Counted from the whole stretch's first letter, positions 48,469 to 59,043 are shown. The stretch: DNA of 61,775 nt, filler included, from 3 parts of 3 records of this genome joined end to end with filler, not necessarily neighbours in it, one strand, 5' to 3'. Made by a program: numbers and translations. The notes: a model not told the origin generated them from the sequence alone.

Positions 48469-48661
48469 TAAGATCTGCAGCCTGCATTCACCCGGCTGAC
48501 AGAAATACACTGTACCAGAGCGCATAATCGGTTTGTTAGTGGTGGCGACTCTTGACGTGACTGACGAAATACCCGCCAGATAGAAACCAGAAGTTTAGTT
48601 CAAATATCATTGCAAGGCTGGACAGCCAGTTCTGTATCAAAAACGTACGGAGGAATCATCC

Positions 48662-48764
48662 ATGGCGCACAGGACAAAAGCACTGGCGACCGCGCTGCTG
48701 CTCACATTGACACCGGCGGTCGCTGTTGCTGACGGAGCCATGGTGTTCGGCGGTGACACATATG
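48662..48764 (+). CDS. Exported protein, N-terminal fragment (truncated)
   Basis: GGAGG RBS; MAHRTKALATALLLTLTPAVAVA signal peptide, open to the contig end. Confidence 0.6.
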
Positions 48765-48864
48765 NNNNNNNNNNNNNNNNNNNNNNNNNNNNNNNNNNNN
48801 NNNNNNNNTTAATTAATTAANNNNNNNNNNNNNNNNNNNNNNNNNNNNNNNNNNNNNNNNNNNN
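48765..48864. other. Artificial contig linker
   Basis: 44 N + TTAATTAATTAA + 44 N. Confidence 0.98.
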
Positions 48865-48865
48865 C

Positions 48866-49561
48866 GGCCAGCGCCAGCGTGTTGCCATGGGCCGTGCCAT
48901 CGTTCGTCACCCGGACGTGTTCCTCTTCGATGAGCCACTTTCGAACCTCGATGCCAAGCTTCGCGGGCAGATGCGTGTCGAAATCAAGAAACTGCATCAG
49001 CGCGTCAAGACCACCGTCATCTATGTCACTCACGATCAGGTGGAGGCGATGACGCTGGCCGACCGGATCGTCATCATGCGCGATGGCTACGTCGAGCAGG
49101 TTGGCACACCAACGGATGTGTTCGAGAATCCGGTGAATACCTTCGTTGCCGGCTTTATCGGTTCGCCGCCGATGAATCAGCTTGAAGGTATTGTCGAGAC
49201 GGAAAATGGAGAGCTGGTTGCCCGTATAGCCGGTGGTGTCGGTGTGCCGCTGCCCGCCGATATTGTCCCGAAGGTGAGGGCCGGGCAGAAGGTTGTTATC
49301 GGTTTCCGCCCGGATGCCTTTGCACCGAAAGGCCACTCGCTCCACCCGGAAGACCGGTCGGTCGAGATCGATCTGCCGGTTGAAATCTCCGAACCTCTCG
49401 GAACCGAAACGATCATCTACACCCAGCTTGGTGGCAAGGAGGTTCAGGCCAAAATGCTTGATCCACGTCCGCTGAGGGATGGTGAGGGGCTGACCTTCAC
49501 GCTCGATCTGGAGCGCCTGCACGTCTTCGATGGCGAAAGCGGCAAAAGCCTGCGCGTCTGA
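48866..49561 (+). CDS. MalK/UgpC-type sugar ABC ATPase, C-terminal fragment
   Basis: [46 protein letters not shown] tail. Confidence 0.92.
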   Translation, partial: GQRQRVAMGRAIVRHPDVFLFDEPLSNLDAKLRGQMRVEIKKLHQRVKTTVIYVTHDQVEAMTLADRIVIMRDGYVEQVGTPTDVFENPVNTFVAGFIGSPPMNQLEGIVETENGELVARIAGGVGVPLPADIVPKVRAGQKVVIGFRPDAFAPKGHSLHPEDRSVEIDLPVEISEPLGTETIIYTQLGGKEVQAKMLDPRPLRDGEGLTFTLDLERLHVFDGESGKSLRV

Positions 49562-49576
49562 GAAAGGAAGAAAAAC

Positions 49577-50308
49577 ATGACAGACCTGACCGGAAAAACC
49601 TGCCTGATCACCGCTGCGGCACAAGGGATCGGCGCGGCTTCAGTGCGCGCTTTTGCCAGAGCCGGTGCAAGAGTGATCGCGACCGACATCAACGCCGATA
49701 AGCTGGCCGAGCTTGAGGGCATCGAAGGCGTTGAAACGCATGTTCTCAATGTTCTGGATGAAACCGCGATTTCGGCATTGGCAAGCAAGATCGGCGGTGT
49801 TGATATTCTGTTCAACTGCGCTGGCGTTGTTCACGGCGGCTCGGTTCTGGAGATGAAAGAGGGCGACCTCGATTTCGCCTTCGATCTCAACGTCAAAGCC
49901 ATGGTGCGGATGATCCGCGCCTTTCTGCCCGGAATGATCGAGCGCGAGGATGGCGCCATCATCAACATGTCTTCGGTTGCATCTTCGATCAAGGGCGTAC
50001 CGAACCGCTTTGCCTATTCCACCACCAAGGCCGCGGTGATTGGCATGACCAAGGCGATTGCCTCCGACTATGTGACGAAAGGCATTCGCTGCAATGCTAT
50101 TGCGCCGGGCACAGTCGACAGTCCCTCGCTTCAGGACCGGCTGAAAGCAACCGGCGACTATGAAAAGGCGCGCAAGGACTTTATCGCCCGCCAGCCGATC
50201 GGCCGTATTGGCACGCCGGAAGAGATCGCCGATCTCGCCGTTTATCTGGCAGGGGCGACATACACCACCGGACAGGCACATATCATTGATGGTGCATGGG
50301 CCTGCTGA
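49577..50308 (+). CDS. SDR, 2-keto-3-deoxy-L-fuconate dehydrogenase-like
   Basis: TAAAQGIG, LFNCAG, SSIKGVPNRFAYSTTK; adjacent to L-fuconate dehydratase. Confidence 0.8.
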   Translation: MTDLTGKTCLITAAAQGIGAASVRAFARAGARVIATDINADKLAELEGIEGVETHVLNVLDETAISALASKIGGVDILFNCAGVVHGGSVLEMKEGDLDFAFDLNVKAMVRMIRAFLPGMIEREDGAIINMSSVASSIKGVPNRFAYSTTKAAVIGMTKAIASDYVTKGIRCNAIAPGTVDSPSLQDRLKATGDYEKARKDFIARQPIGRIGTPEEIADLAVYLAGATYTTGQAHIIDGAWAC

Positions 50309-50327
50309 AGGGAGCTTCTGGAATAGC

Positions 50328-51605
50328 ATGACGAACATCACTGGACTTTCGGTTCACGATCTGCGCTTTCCAACTTCTGAGAAGCTGGATGGCTCGGATG
50401 CGATGAACCCCGATCCCGACTATTCTGCCGCCTATGTTATCCTGAGAACCGATGCCGCGCTTGAAGGCCATGGCCTGACCTTTACCATCGGGCGTGGCAA
50501 CGAGGTTGTCTGCGCGGCAATTTCGGCGCTTGAAGATCGGGTAAAGGGGCTTTCACTCAATTGGATCGCTGAAGACCCGGCGCGTTTCTGGCGGCATGTC
50601 ACCGGCGACAGCCAGTTGCGCTGGATCGGCCCGGACAAGGGCGCCATGCATCTGGCAACCGGAGCGGTCGTCAATGCCGTATGGGATCTTCTGGCAAAGG
50701 CTGAAGGCAAGCCGGTCTGGCGGCTGATTGCCGATATGACACCCGAGCAGCTCGTCTCGATCGTTGACTTTCGTTATCTCACCGATGCGATTACACCCGA
50801 AGAAGCCCTTGATATTTTCAAAACTGCGGAAAAGGGCAAGGCCGGGCGTATCGCCGAACTCGAAGAAAACGGCTATCCCTGCTACACCACCTCTGCCGGA
50901 TGGCTTGGCTACAGCCACGAAAAGCTTCGCAAGCTGGCGCAGGAAGCCGTTGATTCCGGCTTTTCCTTTATCAAGATGAAGGTTGGTCAGGACCTAGAAG
51001 AAGATGTGGCACGGCTGAAGATCGTGCGTGAGGTGATCGGCGAAGATCGCACGCTGATGATTGATGCCAATCAGGTCTGGGAGGTCGATCAGGCGATTGA
51101 ATGGGTCAATGCGCTGAAACCTTTCCGTCCTTATTTCATCGAGGAACCAACCAGCCCGGATGACGTGGCCGGGCACCGGAAAATCCGCGAAGCGGTGGCA
51201 CCGGTGAAGGTTGCCACCGGCGAAATGTGCCAGAACCGGATATTGTTCAAGCAATTCATCGCCGGTGGCGCCATCGATATCGTGCAGATCGATGCCTGCC
51301 GTATCGGCGGGTTGAATGAAGTCTTGTCCGTGCTGCTGATGGCGGCGAAGTTCGGCCTTCCGGTCTGGCCCCATGCCGGTGGCGTTGGCCTTTGCGAATA
51401 TGTACAGCACTTGTCGATGATCGATTATCTGGTGGTCTCCGGCACGAAGGAAAGTCGCGTAATCGAGTATGTTGACCATCTGCACGAGCATTTTCTTGAT
51501 CCGTGCACGATTCGCAACGCGGCCTATATGCCTCCGAAACGTCCGGGCTTCTCCATTGAGATGAAACCGGAAACAATTCATAACTACGCGCATTCGGCGT
51601 CCTGA
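50328..51605 (+). CDS. fucD: L-fuconate dehydratase (enolase superfamily)
   Basis: DGSDAMNPDPDYS, WIGPDKG, YTTSAGWLGY, KMKVG, DANQ, EEP, GE, PHAGGVGL. Confidence 0.88.
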   Translation: MTNITGLSVHDLRFPTSEKLDGSDAMNPDPDYSAAYVILRTDAALEGHGLTFTIGRGNEVVCAAISALEDRVKGLSLNWIAEDPARFWRHVTGDSQLRWIGPDKGAMHLATGAVVNAVWDLLAKAEGKPVWRLIADMTPEQLVSIVDFRYLTDAITPEEALDIFKTAEKGKAGRIAELEENGYPCYTTSAGWLGYSHEKLRKLAQEAVDSGFSFIKMKVGQDLEEDVARLKIVREVIGEDRTLMIDANQVWEVDQAIEWVNALKPFRPYFIEEPTSPDDVAGHRKIREAVAPVKVATGEMCQNRILFKQFIAGGAIDIVQIDACRIGGLNEVLSVLLMAAKFGLPVWPHAGGVGLCEYVQHLSMIDYLVVSGTKESRVIEYVDHLHEHFLDPCTIRNAAYMPPKRPGFSIEMKPETIHNYAHSAS

Positions 51606-51630
51606 TACGCTAAGAACAGGGAGAAACATC

Positions 51631-52482
51631 ATGAAACTGCTTCGGCTTGGCGCACCCGGCGCCGAACGTCCGGCTATCCTCCACACAGACGGTACCTACC
51701 GCGATATTTCCTCCGTCGCCGTCGATATCGCCGACGATATGCTCACTGATGAGGGGCTTGCCCGCATCGCCGGCGCTGAAATCGGCAGCCTGCCGGTCCT
51801 TCCGGCATCAAGCCGCATCGGTCCTTGTGTCGGCAAGGTCGGCAAGTTCATCTGCATCGGCCTGAACTATGCCGATCACGCGGCTGAAACCGGCGCGGAA
51901 CTGCCGAAAGAACCGATCATCTTCATGAAAGCCACCAGCGCGATCATCGGTCCCAATGACGATGTTCGCATTCCGAAAAATTCGAAGAAGACCGACTGGG
52001 AGGTCGAGCTTGGCGTCGTGATCGGCAGGGAAGCGCGTTATGTGGATGAGGCCGATGCCATGGCCCATGTTGCCGGCTACTGCGTCGTTAATGATCTCTC
52101 CGAGCGGGAGTTCCAGATCGAGCGTTCCGGCCAGTGGGTGAAGGGCAAGAGCGCCGACACATTCGGGCCAATTGGTCCGTATCTCGTCACCCGCGATGAA
52201 GTGGAAGACCCGCAAAACCTTGCCATGTGGCTGGAGGTTGACGGTCACCGTTATCAGGACGGTTCAACCAAGACCATGGTTTTCGATGTTGCGCATCTGG
52301 TGAGCTATCTGTCGCAGTTCATGAGCCTGCAACCCGGTGATATCATCACCACCGGAACGCCGCCCGGCGTTGGCATGGGGCAGAAACCGGAGCCGGTTTA
52401 TCTGAAGCACGGTCAGACCATGAAACTTGGTATCGACGGGCTTGGCGAACAGACGCAAAAGACGATTGCCTGGAACGCCTGA
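51631..52482 (+). CDS. Fumarylacetoacetate hydrolase family (2,4-diketo-3-deoxy-L-fuconate hydrolase-like)
   Basis: CIGLNYADH, DWEVELG, NDLSER, KGKS, TGTPPGVG. Confidence 0.85.
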   Translation: MKLLRLGAPGAERPAILHTDGTYRDISSVAVDIADDMLTDEGLARIAGAEIGSLPVLPASSRIGPCVGKVGKFICIGLNYADHAAETGAELPKEPIIFMKATSAIIGPNDDVRIPKNSKKTDWEVELGVVIGREARYVDEADAMAHVAGYCVVNDLSEREFQIERSGQWVKGKSADTFGPIGPYLVTRDEVEDPQNLAMWLEVDGHRYQDGSTKTMVFDVAHLVSYLSQFMSLQPGDIITTGTPPGVGMGQKPEPVYLKHGQTMKLGIDGLGEQTQKTIAWNA

Positions 52483-52510
52483 AGATTTTCAGCGCAGCGC
52501 TGAACGACCT

Positions 52511-52534
52511 GACCCGCCTATCCGGCGGGTCTTT
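52511..52534 (+). terminator. Hairpin ending the fuc operon, overlapping the DeoR stop
   Basis: GACCCGCC-tatcc-GGCGGGTC-TTT. Confidence 0.55.
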
Positions 52535-53297
52535 CCGTTTCAGCGACGACAACGTCGGTCTGCCATGACTTGCAGCGCTCGCTCAAAGCCGGTGTCAGAG
52601 GTTTGTCGGTGAAGAACGTATCGATATCGGAAAGCGAGGCGATCCGCGCGGGAGCGGTGCGTGCAAATTTCGAGTGATCGGCGACGAGGAGTGTTTTCCT
52701 TGAGCGTGCAATTGCCGTTTGACTGACGCCGACTTCCATGATGTCGAAATCCAGAAGGTCGCCGTCGCCGTCAATTGCCGAACAGCCGATCACGGCCAGA
52801 TCGAACTTGAATTGTTCGACGATCCGGTTGGCAAGTGTGCCCACCAGTCCGCCATCCGTGCGGCGTAAAAGTCCGCCTGCCAGCACGATCTCGCAATCGG
52901 GGTTGGCAACGAGCGTATTGGCAACATTGATATTGTTGGTGACCACCAGAAGCTTCCTGTGGTCGAGAAGTGCGCGTGCCACTGCTTCTGTCGTTGTGCC
53001 GATATTCATGAAGATTGCGGCATTGTCCGGGATGGCAGCCGCGCAGGCGCTGGCGATATCGGTCTTTTCGTCTGAATGCAGGCTGCGGCGGTCATCATAG
53101 CCGATATTGGCGGTTCCCGAGGGCAGAACCGCGCCGCCATGCACACGCGTCAGCTTCCCGGCCTCTGCCAGTTTCAAGAGATCCCGGCGGATCGTCTGAA
53201 CCGTGACGCCAAGCCGCACGGCAGCCTCATCGGCCACAATACGGCCCTCTTCACGGGCGATCCGCATCAGATCGTCGAGGCGGAATGTCTGTGACAC
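52518..53297 (-). CDS. DeoR/GlpR family regulator
   Basis: VTVQTIRRDL, RVHGGA, NIGTTT, ADHSKF. Confidence 0.92.
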   Translation of the reverse strand: MSQTFRLDDLMRIAREEGRIVADEAAVRLGVTVQTIRRDLLKLAEAGKLTRVHGGAVLPSGTANIGYDDRRSLHSDEKTDIASACAAAIPDNAAIFMNIGTTTEAVARALLDHRKLLVVTNNINVANTLVANPDCEIVLAGGLLRRTDGGLVGTLANRIVEQFKFDLAVIGCSAIDGDGDLLDFDIMEVGVSQTAIARSRKTLLVADHSKFARTAPARIASLSDIDTFFTDKPLTPALSERCKSWQTDVVVAETERPAG

Positions 53298-53510
53298 GGT
53301 GCGCGGCTCCCATTATGCTCTTGTTGCTTGAGAACAAAGGCATTTTTCCGCCGGGATTGCAACGGTTGAGAACATTGTGCCGAGGCCTGTGATATCAACC
53401 TTTGGAACCGATCATTGTATTTTGCCTTGATCGAAGAAGCGAAACCCTGTCAATAGCGGTTTAGCTTTATCTTGAGCGCATCAGATTTGGGATGAAACGG
53501 GATTGAGATT

Positions 53511-54815
53511 GTGAGCGGACTGGAAGAAGCTATCAGAAAGGCGCTCGACAACGCCGAACGTGAAAATGCGAATGTGCGTGCGCGGATTTACCAGTCTGCA
53601 CGGCAGGCGCTGGAGCGTGGGTTGTCGAAACAGGAGGTTTCCGATCCCAAGGTGATTGCGCGCCAGAGGCGTCAGCTTGATGACGCGATCACGCAGATCG
53701 AACGCGAGGAAGCTGCAAGGGTCCGGTCGACCGGGGTCAGAGGCGAGCCGCCGCTTTTTGACGATCCCTTTGCTGTCGGGCGTACACCGGATCGCGCGGG
53801 AAGTTCTTCGGCAGAACCGCATCAGGAGCCGTATCTTCAGATGCAGTCGCCTGAAACGGAGCCGCCGTTACGCTCGGAACCTTCTGTCGATATGCCGTTG
53901 GAAGAGGCGGCGGATCGGATCGATTTTCCCGAGCCGCCTTCGTTTACCGGAAACAGCACTGAGACTTCTGATTTTACAGAGGCTGATTTTACGCCGGAGC
54001 CTGAGCGTGGCGTCGAAACCGGTCACCTTGATGCCGGCGCGCTCGGCGGCATGGGCGATCTTTCTGTGGCTGAAGAGTACCGCAGACCCAAGCAGCAAAA
54101 GGCCGGTGCGAAGAAGATGAAGGCGGCAAAGCCCGTCAGGAAAAAAGCCCGCACCGAACATCATGCGCAGGCACAAAATGGCAAGAGAAAGAAACGCGGA
54201 ATTTTCGCCAGCGGCTTTATGATTGTTATTGTTCTTGCTTTCATTGCCGCTGGCGCATGGTGGATCATGCAATCGGGTTTCACGATGAACCCGCAATCGC
54301 GTGATACTGCTGTGCCCAATCCACCGCCGCGGATCGAGGCAGAGGATTTTGAAGGCGCTTCGACCTGGACACCGGTTTTCATGCCGGGCCAGACCAGTGG
54401 TGTTTCGGGCGGTGCGGCGACATCCGCTGAAAACGTGACTGTGGATGGCGAACCGGCTCTGCGGATTTCCGCAAATGCGACAGGTGACAATGGTGCGGTC
54501 CGCTTTCGTATTCCCCCTGCCGTCATCAACATGCTGGAGGACGGCCCTGTGTTGGTCGAGGCAACCGTCGTCGCACCGCAGGCCGGTGGTCAGCAGGTCG
54601 CCATTGCCTGTTATGATGGCACGATTCAGGGCTGCCAGCGTCATCGCTATATGGCACCTGCACACCGGGACAATCTTGTTATTCAGTTGCGGCCAAACGG
54701 TGGCGCACTGCCATCACAGCTGATGATCACCAGCGATGTGAACGGAACCGGCATTCCACTCGATATCTTTGCCATTCGGGCGCGGGCTGTGGATGAAAAC
54801 GGAAACGGACAGTAA
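53511..54815 (+). CDS. Hypothetical single-pass membrane protein
   Basis: Helical N-terminus, acidic/Pro-rich linker, Lys/Arg patch, one TM helix, C-terminal extracytoplasmic domain. Confidence 0.7.
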   Translation: MSGLEEAIRKALDNAERENANVRARIYQSARQALERGLSKQEVSDPKVIARQRRQLDDAITQIEREEAARVRSTGVRGEPPLFDDPFAVGRTPDRAGSSSAEPHQEPYLQMQSPETEPPLRSEPSVDMPLEEAADRIDFPEPPSFTGNSTETSDFTEADFTPEPERGVETGHLDAGALGGMGDLSVAEEYRRPKQQKAGAKKMKAAKPVRKKARTEHHAQAQNGKRKKRGIFASGFMIVIVLAFIAAGAWWIMQSGFTMNPQSRDTAVPNPPPRIEAEDFEGASTWTPVFMPGQTSGVSGGAATSAENVTVDGEPALRISANATGDNGAVRFRIPPAVINMLEDGPVLVEATVVAPQAGGQQVAIACYDGTIQGCQRHRYMAPAHRDNLVIQLRPNGGALPSQLMITSDVNGTGIPLDIFAIRARAVDENGNGQ

Positions 54816-54912
54816 ATTGGCATGGATTGCAGAGACTGGAATATAGCTGTCATAAAGTACGTGTAGCCATCGTCTGTTAAGATGGATTTCTGCAGATGAT
54901 CTGGAGCGGCAA

Positions 54913-56169
54913 TTGAAACGGCTGAAAAATGCGGCCAATAATCTGATGGATCGCGCGCGTTCGGCGCGTGCGGTGTTGATTGCCGTGTCCGTTGTGGCGT
55001 TGATCGCCTGGGGAACAAGTGCGCTCGGGCCTCTTCCCGTCCTGCTGGGCTTGTTTGTGATTGTTGCTGCCGCCTTGTATCAGGCCGAACCCAAGCGTGT
55101 TCGGGGTGAAGCCCCCCTGCCGGAAACCACCGAAGCCGCCACGCCGATCGATTTTGGCGATATGCCACGCTTTCTGGATGAGATCGACCTTGCGATCTAT
55201 GTGCTCAACTCGGATGGATCGGTGCTGTTTCAAAACCGGTCTGCGGGTGACACTTTCGGCACATTTCCCATTGGTGCTCATATTTCGGCCCGTATGCGTG
55301 CACCCGGCGTTCTGGATATCATACGTGATACGCTGTCAAGCGGACGTGCCAACCAGATCGAGTATTCAGAACGCCTGCCATCCGAGCGTGTTTATCTGGT
55401 GCGCTCCGCGACGGTTGCCGCTTCGGCAGAGACAGGTGCGCGGCCAACCTTTCTTCTGATGTTCCGTGATGTTTCCGAATCGCGCCGGATTGATCGTATG
55501 CGGTCCGATTTTGTCGCCAATGCCAGCCATGAACTCAGAACGCCGCTCGCATCGCTGCGCGGTTACATCGAGACCCTGCAAGGTCCGGCCAAAGGGGATG
55601 CCAAGGCGCAGGAGCGTTTTCTGCCGATCATGCTGGATCAGGCAAAACGCATGAGCCGTCTGGTCGATGATCTGATGTCACTGTCCCGGCTGGAAGTGCG
55701 TGCGCATCTGCCGCCTGATCAGACCGTTGAACTTGCCCCCCTGATTGAACATGTGCGCGATTCTCTGCTGCCTCTGGCTCGCGATCTTGATGTCGCAATC
55801 CACCTGCATCTGCCGGACGACCCGGTTTTCGTGCAGGGGGACAAGGATGAGCTTGTCGAGGTTTTTGAGAATCTGATGGAAAATGCCTGCAAGTACGGGG
55901 CTGACGGTGAGAAGATCGATGTCTACCTGAAAACGCTCTCGCCGCGCGGGGCCGAAATTTCTGTCGTCGATTATGGACCGGGTATTCCGGCAGAACATGT
56001 GCCGCGCCTGACAGAGCGTTTTTATCGCGTCTCTGTGGCTGACAGCCGCTCGAAAAAAGGAACCGGCCTCGGGTTGGCGATTGTCAAACACATTCTGACG
56101 CGCCACCGCGCAAGGTTGATCATCCGCTCTGAAGTCGGGCGTGGAACAACATTCACAGTTCGTTTTTAA
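54913..56169 (+). CDS. phoR: Phosphate regulon sensor kinase
   Basis: DFVANASHELRTPL, ENACKY, RLTERFYRV, GTGLGLAIVKHI; upstream of pstS. Confidence 0.92.
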   Translation: MKRLKNAANNLMDRARSARAVLIAVSVVALIAWGTSALGPLPVLLGLFVIVAAALYQAEPKRVRGEAPLPETTEAATPIDFGDMPRFLDEIDLAIYVLNSDGSVLFQNRSAGDTFGTFPIGAHISARMRAPGVLDIIRDTLSSGRANQIEYSERLPSERVYLVRSATVAASAETGARPTFLLMFRDVSESRRIDRMRSDFVANASHELRTPLASLRGYIETLQGPAKGDAKAQERFLPIMLDQAKRMSRLVDDLMSLSRLEVRAHLPPDQTVELAPLIEHVRDSLLPLARDLDVAIHLHLPDDPVFVQGDKDELVEVFENLMENACKYGADGEKIDVYLKTLSPRGAEISVVDYGPGIPAEHVPRLTERFYRVSVADSRSKKGTGLGLAIVKHILTRHRARLIIRSEVGRGTTFTVRF

Positions 56170-56277
56170 CGAGCGCTTGGCGACTGGTGCGAATCTGAAA
56201 GATGTGACCGTTCAATCAGATGAACTTCAGGTTTGGGTTACTGATCTGGAAAAGCATAAGGAAAACAAAGCTGCAAT

Positions 56278-56310
56278 CCTTCATAAATACTTCGTAAAAG
56301 TGTCATAAAA
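56278..56310 (+). promoter_or_regulatory. Pho box array upstream of pstS
   Basis: 11-bp period: CCTTCAT-aaat-ACTTCGT-aaaa-GTGTCAT-aaaa (consensus CTGTCAT-N4). Confidence 0.7.
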
Positions 56311-56421
56311 GAAGGGCCTGCGCACGATACCTATCTGATTTAACGTGTTCATGACTTTGCCTGGTTGAAGACCGCGCTTCGACCGATAAAACCCGACAAA
56401 ACCCGCCAAGGGACAGGCGCA

Positions 56422-57501
56422 ATGACGCTCTCGACAATGATCAGGATTTTTCTTCTCGCGCTGTGCCTAACCGCGACCTCTGCCGTTGCGCGCGACCAGA
56501 TCAGAATTGTCGGTTCTTCGACTGTGCTGCCTTATGCCACGATTGTTGGCGAGACCTTTTCCGAGGTTTATCCGCAATTTAAAACCCCGCTGATTGAATC
56601 GGGCGGGTCATCTGCCGGGCTGAAGGAGTTCTGTCGGGGTGTGGGGCCGGATACGATCGACATCGCCAATTCATCGCGGCCGATCCGCCATAGTGAGGCG
56701 GAAGTGTGCGGCAAAAATGGGGTTACGGGCGTTGAGGAATTCAATTTCGGTTATGACGGTATCGTCTTTGCCACCGCTTCCCAGACGATCAAGTTCGACC
56801 TGACCATCGACGAGATTTACAAGGCGCTGGCCAAGGAACTGCTGGTTGATGGCGCAATGATTGCGAACCCCTATGAGCGCTGGTCCGAGATCAATCCGGC
56901 GCTGCCGGATCTCAGAATTGATGCCTATATACCCGGTGAAAAACATGGCACGCGGGAAGTTTTGGAAGATCGCATTTTGGCGATTGGCTGCGCGCGCACC
57001 GGAACACTTGCGGCATGGATTGAAATGCTTGACCCGGAAAAGGCTGCAAATCGCTGCCTTGAGGTGCGCCGGGACGGGCGCGCTGTGAGTATTGCCGGTG
57101 ACTACACCGAAACACTTCAGCGCATTCAGTCCAATCCCGGTGCGCTGGGAGTGTTCGGCCTGTCTTTTTATGAAAATAATATTCGTGAACTGAATGTTGT
57201 CGAGATCGATGGTGTTGAGCCTTCCGCCGCAACGGTTGCTTCCGGTGCCTATCCGGTTTCAAGGCCGCTATTCTTTTATGTAAAGGATGCGCATCTCGAT
57301 GTTATTCCCGGTCTTCGCGAATATGTGAGCTTCTTTTTTTCCGAAGATATGGTGGGACCGTATTCGCCACTGGCAGAGTATGGTCTGGTACCGGTTTCGG
57401 CAGAGGAACGACGCAGTATTCGCCTTAAGCTGAATAACCGCCTCGAAGGCGGAAAGACAAAAGATCATGGGACGCCTGACCACGGTGTTTCCAAAAAATG
57501 A
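56422..57501 (+). CDS. pstS: Phosphate ABC transporter binding protein
   Basis: Signal peptide, RDQIRIVGSSTV, ANSSR, YDGIV, HGTRE, YPVSRPLFFY. Start uncertain. Confidence 0.92.
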   Translation: MTLSTMIRIFLLALCLTATSAVARDQIRIVGSSTVLPYATIVGETFSEVYPQFKTPLIESGGSSAGLKEFCRGVGPDTIDIANSSRPIRHSEAEVCGKNGVTGVEEFNFGYDGIVFATASQTIKFDLTIDEIYKALAKELLVDGAMIANPYERWSEINPALPDLRIDAYIPGEKHGTREVLEDRILAIGCARTGTLAAWIEMLDPEKAANRCLEVRRDGRAVSIAGDYTETLQRIQSNPGALGVFGLSFYENNIRELNVVEIDGVEPSAATVASGAYPVSRPLFFYVKDAHLDVIPGLREYVSFFFSEDMVGPYSPLAEYGLVPVSAEERRSIRLKLNNRLEGGKTKDHGTPDHGVSKK

Positions 57502-57558
57502 GTAAAATGTAGGGCAGGCTTGGCGCAGGTGCGTCTTGGCGGCCTTCTGGATGAGCAT

Positions 57559-59043
57559 ATGTATGTCGTTTTGATTTTGGTTCTGTTGGCGCTTTTTGGT
57601 GTCGTCGGCTTTCTTGCCGCACGCACACGTGTCATTGCGCTTTCCGGAACTGCGGCGACAAAGCTGAAATCCAGACCTGCACATTATGCCAGCTTTGTCG
57701 CGATCTGTACGGTCCTTCCTGCACTGGCGATCATGATTGTCTGGCTTGTCATCAGCCCATTGATTGTTGCCGGACAGGTACGTGACGGTTTCTCCGAAAC
57801 GCTTCAAAGCCAACCTGCCGCCGTCCAGAACCTCACTTTTAATACGGTGTCGGCCCTGGCGTATGGCTTGCGTATGGTTCCGCCTGAAAAAGCAGAGGCC
57901 TTGAAGGCGAATGGCGATAGTTTGCGAACGGAGCTGGCCAAAAAAGGTGTGCAACTGGCCAAAGCCCCCGAGGCGGATATCATCGCATCCGCCGTAAAAC
58001 TCAACCATTTACGCTCAGTCAGTCATATCGCCATGACAGTTGTCGTGGGCGTGGTCGCAATTGGTGGATTTCTGTTTTCTCTCAGGGCTATCAGGCCCCA
58101 ATTCAAGGCCCGGGTCAGAGTTGAGCGGATCATCTATCTGGCTCTTGTCTCCGCTTCATCTGTCGCGGTGCTGACGACACTTGGCATTGTTCTGTCGCTG
58201 ATAGTGGAGACCTTTCGGTTCTTTTCCATGGTGTCTCCAAAAGCATTCTTCTTCGGTGCTGTATGGGAGCCGGGGTTTGCTGCTGCCGGGGAAGCAGCCG
58301 TTGTCGGACAGTTTGGGCTGATCCCGCTTCTGGTCGGAACACTTTATATTGCGGCAGTGGCGCTTGCGGTTGCTGTGCCTGTCGGGCTTTTCGCTGCCAT
58401 TTATCTGGCCGAATATGCCGGGACACGCTTTCGTTCGCTTGCCAAGCCGTCTCTTGAGGTTCTGGCCGGAATACCTGCCATCGTTTATGGCGTGTTCGCT
58501 CTGGTGGTGGTTGGACCGTTCCTCCGCGATCTCTCCGGGCATATCAACGGCCTTTTTACCTCGGACAGTACCGGTTTCATCGCCGCGCAGTCTGTTCTGA
58601 CTGCCGGTCTGGTGATCGGCATCATGCTGGTGCCATACATTTCCTCTCTTGCAGATGATATTATTCGGGCGGTTCCCGACAGGCTTCGGGAAGGTTCGCT
58701 CAGCCTTGGTGCAACGCAATCGGAAACCATCCGGCACGTGCTTCTGCCCGCGGCCATGCCTGGAATTTCCGGTGCTTTGCTGCTGACAGTGTCGCGGGCC
58801 ATTGGCGAGACGGTGATTGTGGTTCTTGCCGCAGGTATCGCCGCGCAGATCACTCTGAATCCGCTGGAACCGATGACAACTGTTACGGTTCAGATCGTCA
58901 ATCAGCTTATCGGAACGCCCGCATTCAGTTCGTCGCAAACGCTTGTGGCCTTCGCGCTTGGTCTGATGCTTTTCATCATCACACTGGTGCTGAACATTTA
59001 CGCGCTATACATCGTCCGCACTTACAGGGAGCAGTACGCATGA
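57559..59043 (+). CDS. pstC: Phosphate ABC permease PstC
   Basis: LEVLAGIP.IVYG, SRAIGET, FALGLMLF. Confidence 0.92.
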   Translation: MYVVLILVLLALFGVVGFLAARTRVIALSGTAATKLKSRPAHYASFVAICTVLPALAIMIVWLVISPLIVAGQVRDGFSETLQSQPAAVQNLTFNTVSALAYGLRMVPPEKAEALKANGDSLRTELAKKGVQLAKAPEADIIASAVKLNHLRSVSHIAMTVVVGVVAIGGFLFSLRAIRPQFKARVRVERIIYLALVSASSVAVLTTLGIVLSLIVETFRFFSMVSPKAFFFGAVWEPGFAAAGEAAVVGQFGLIPLLVGTLYIAAVALAVAVPVGLFAAIYLAEYAGTRFRSLAKPSLEVLAGIPAIVYGVFALVVVGPFLRDLSGHINGLFTSDSTGFIAAQSVLTAGLVIGIMLVPYISSLADDIIRAVPDRLREGSLSLGATQSETIRHVLLPAAMPGISGALLLTVSRAIGETVIVVLAAGIAAQITLNPLEPMTTVTVQIVNQLIGTPAFSSSQTLVAFALGLMLFIITLVLNIYALYIVRTYREQYA

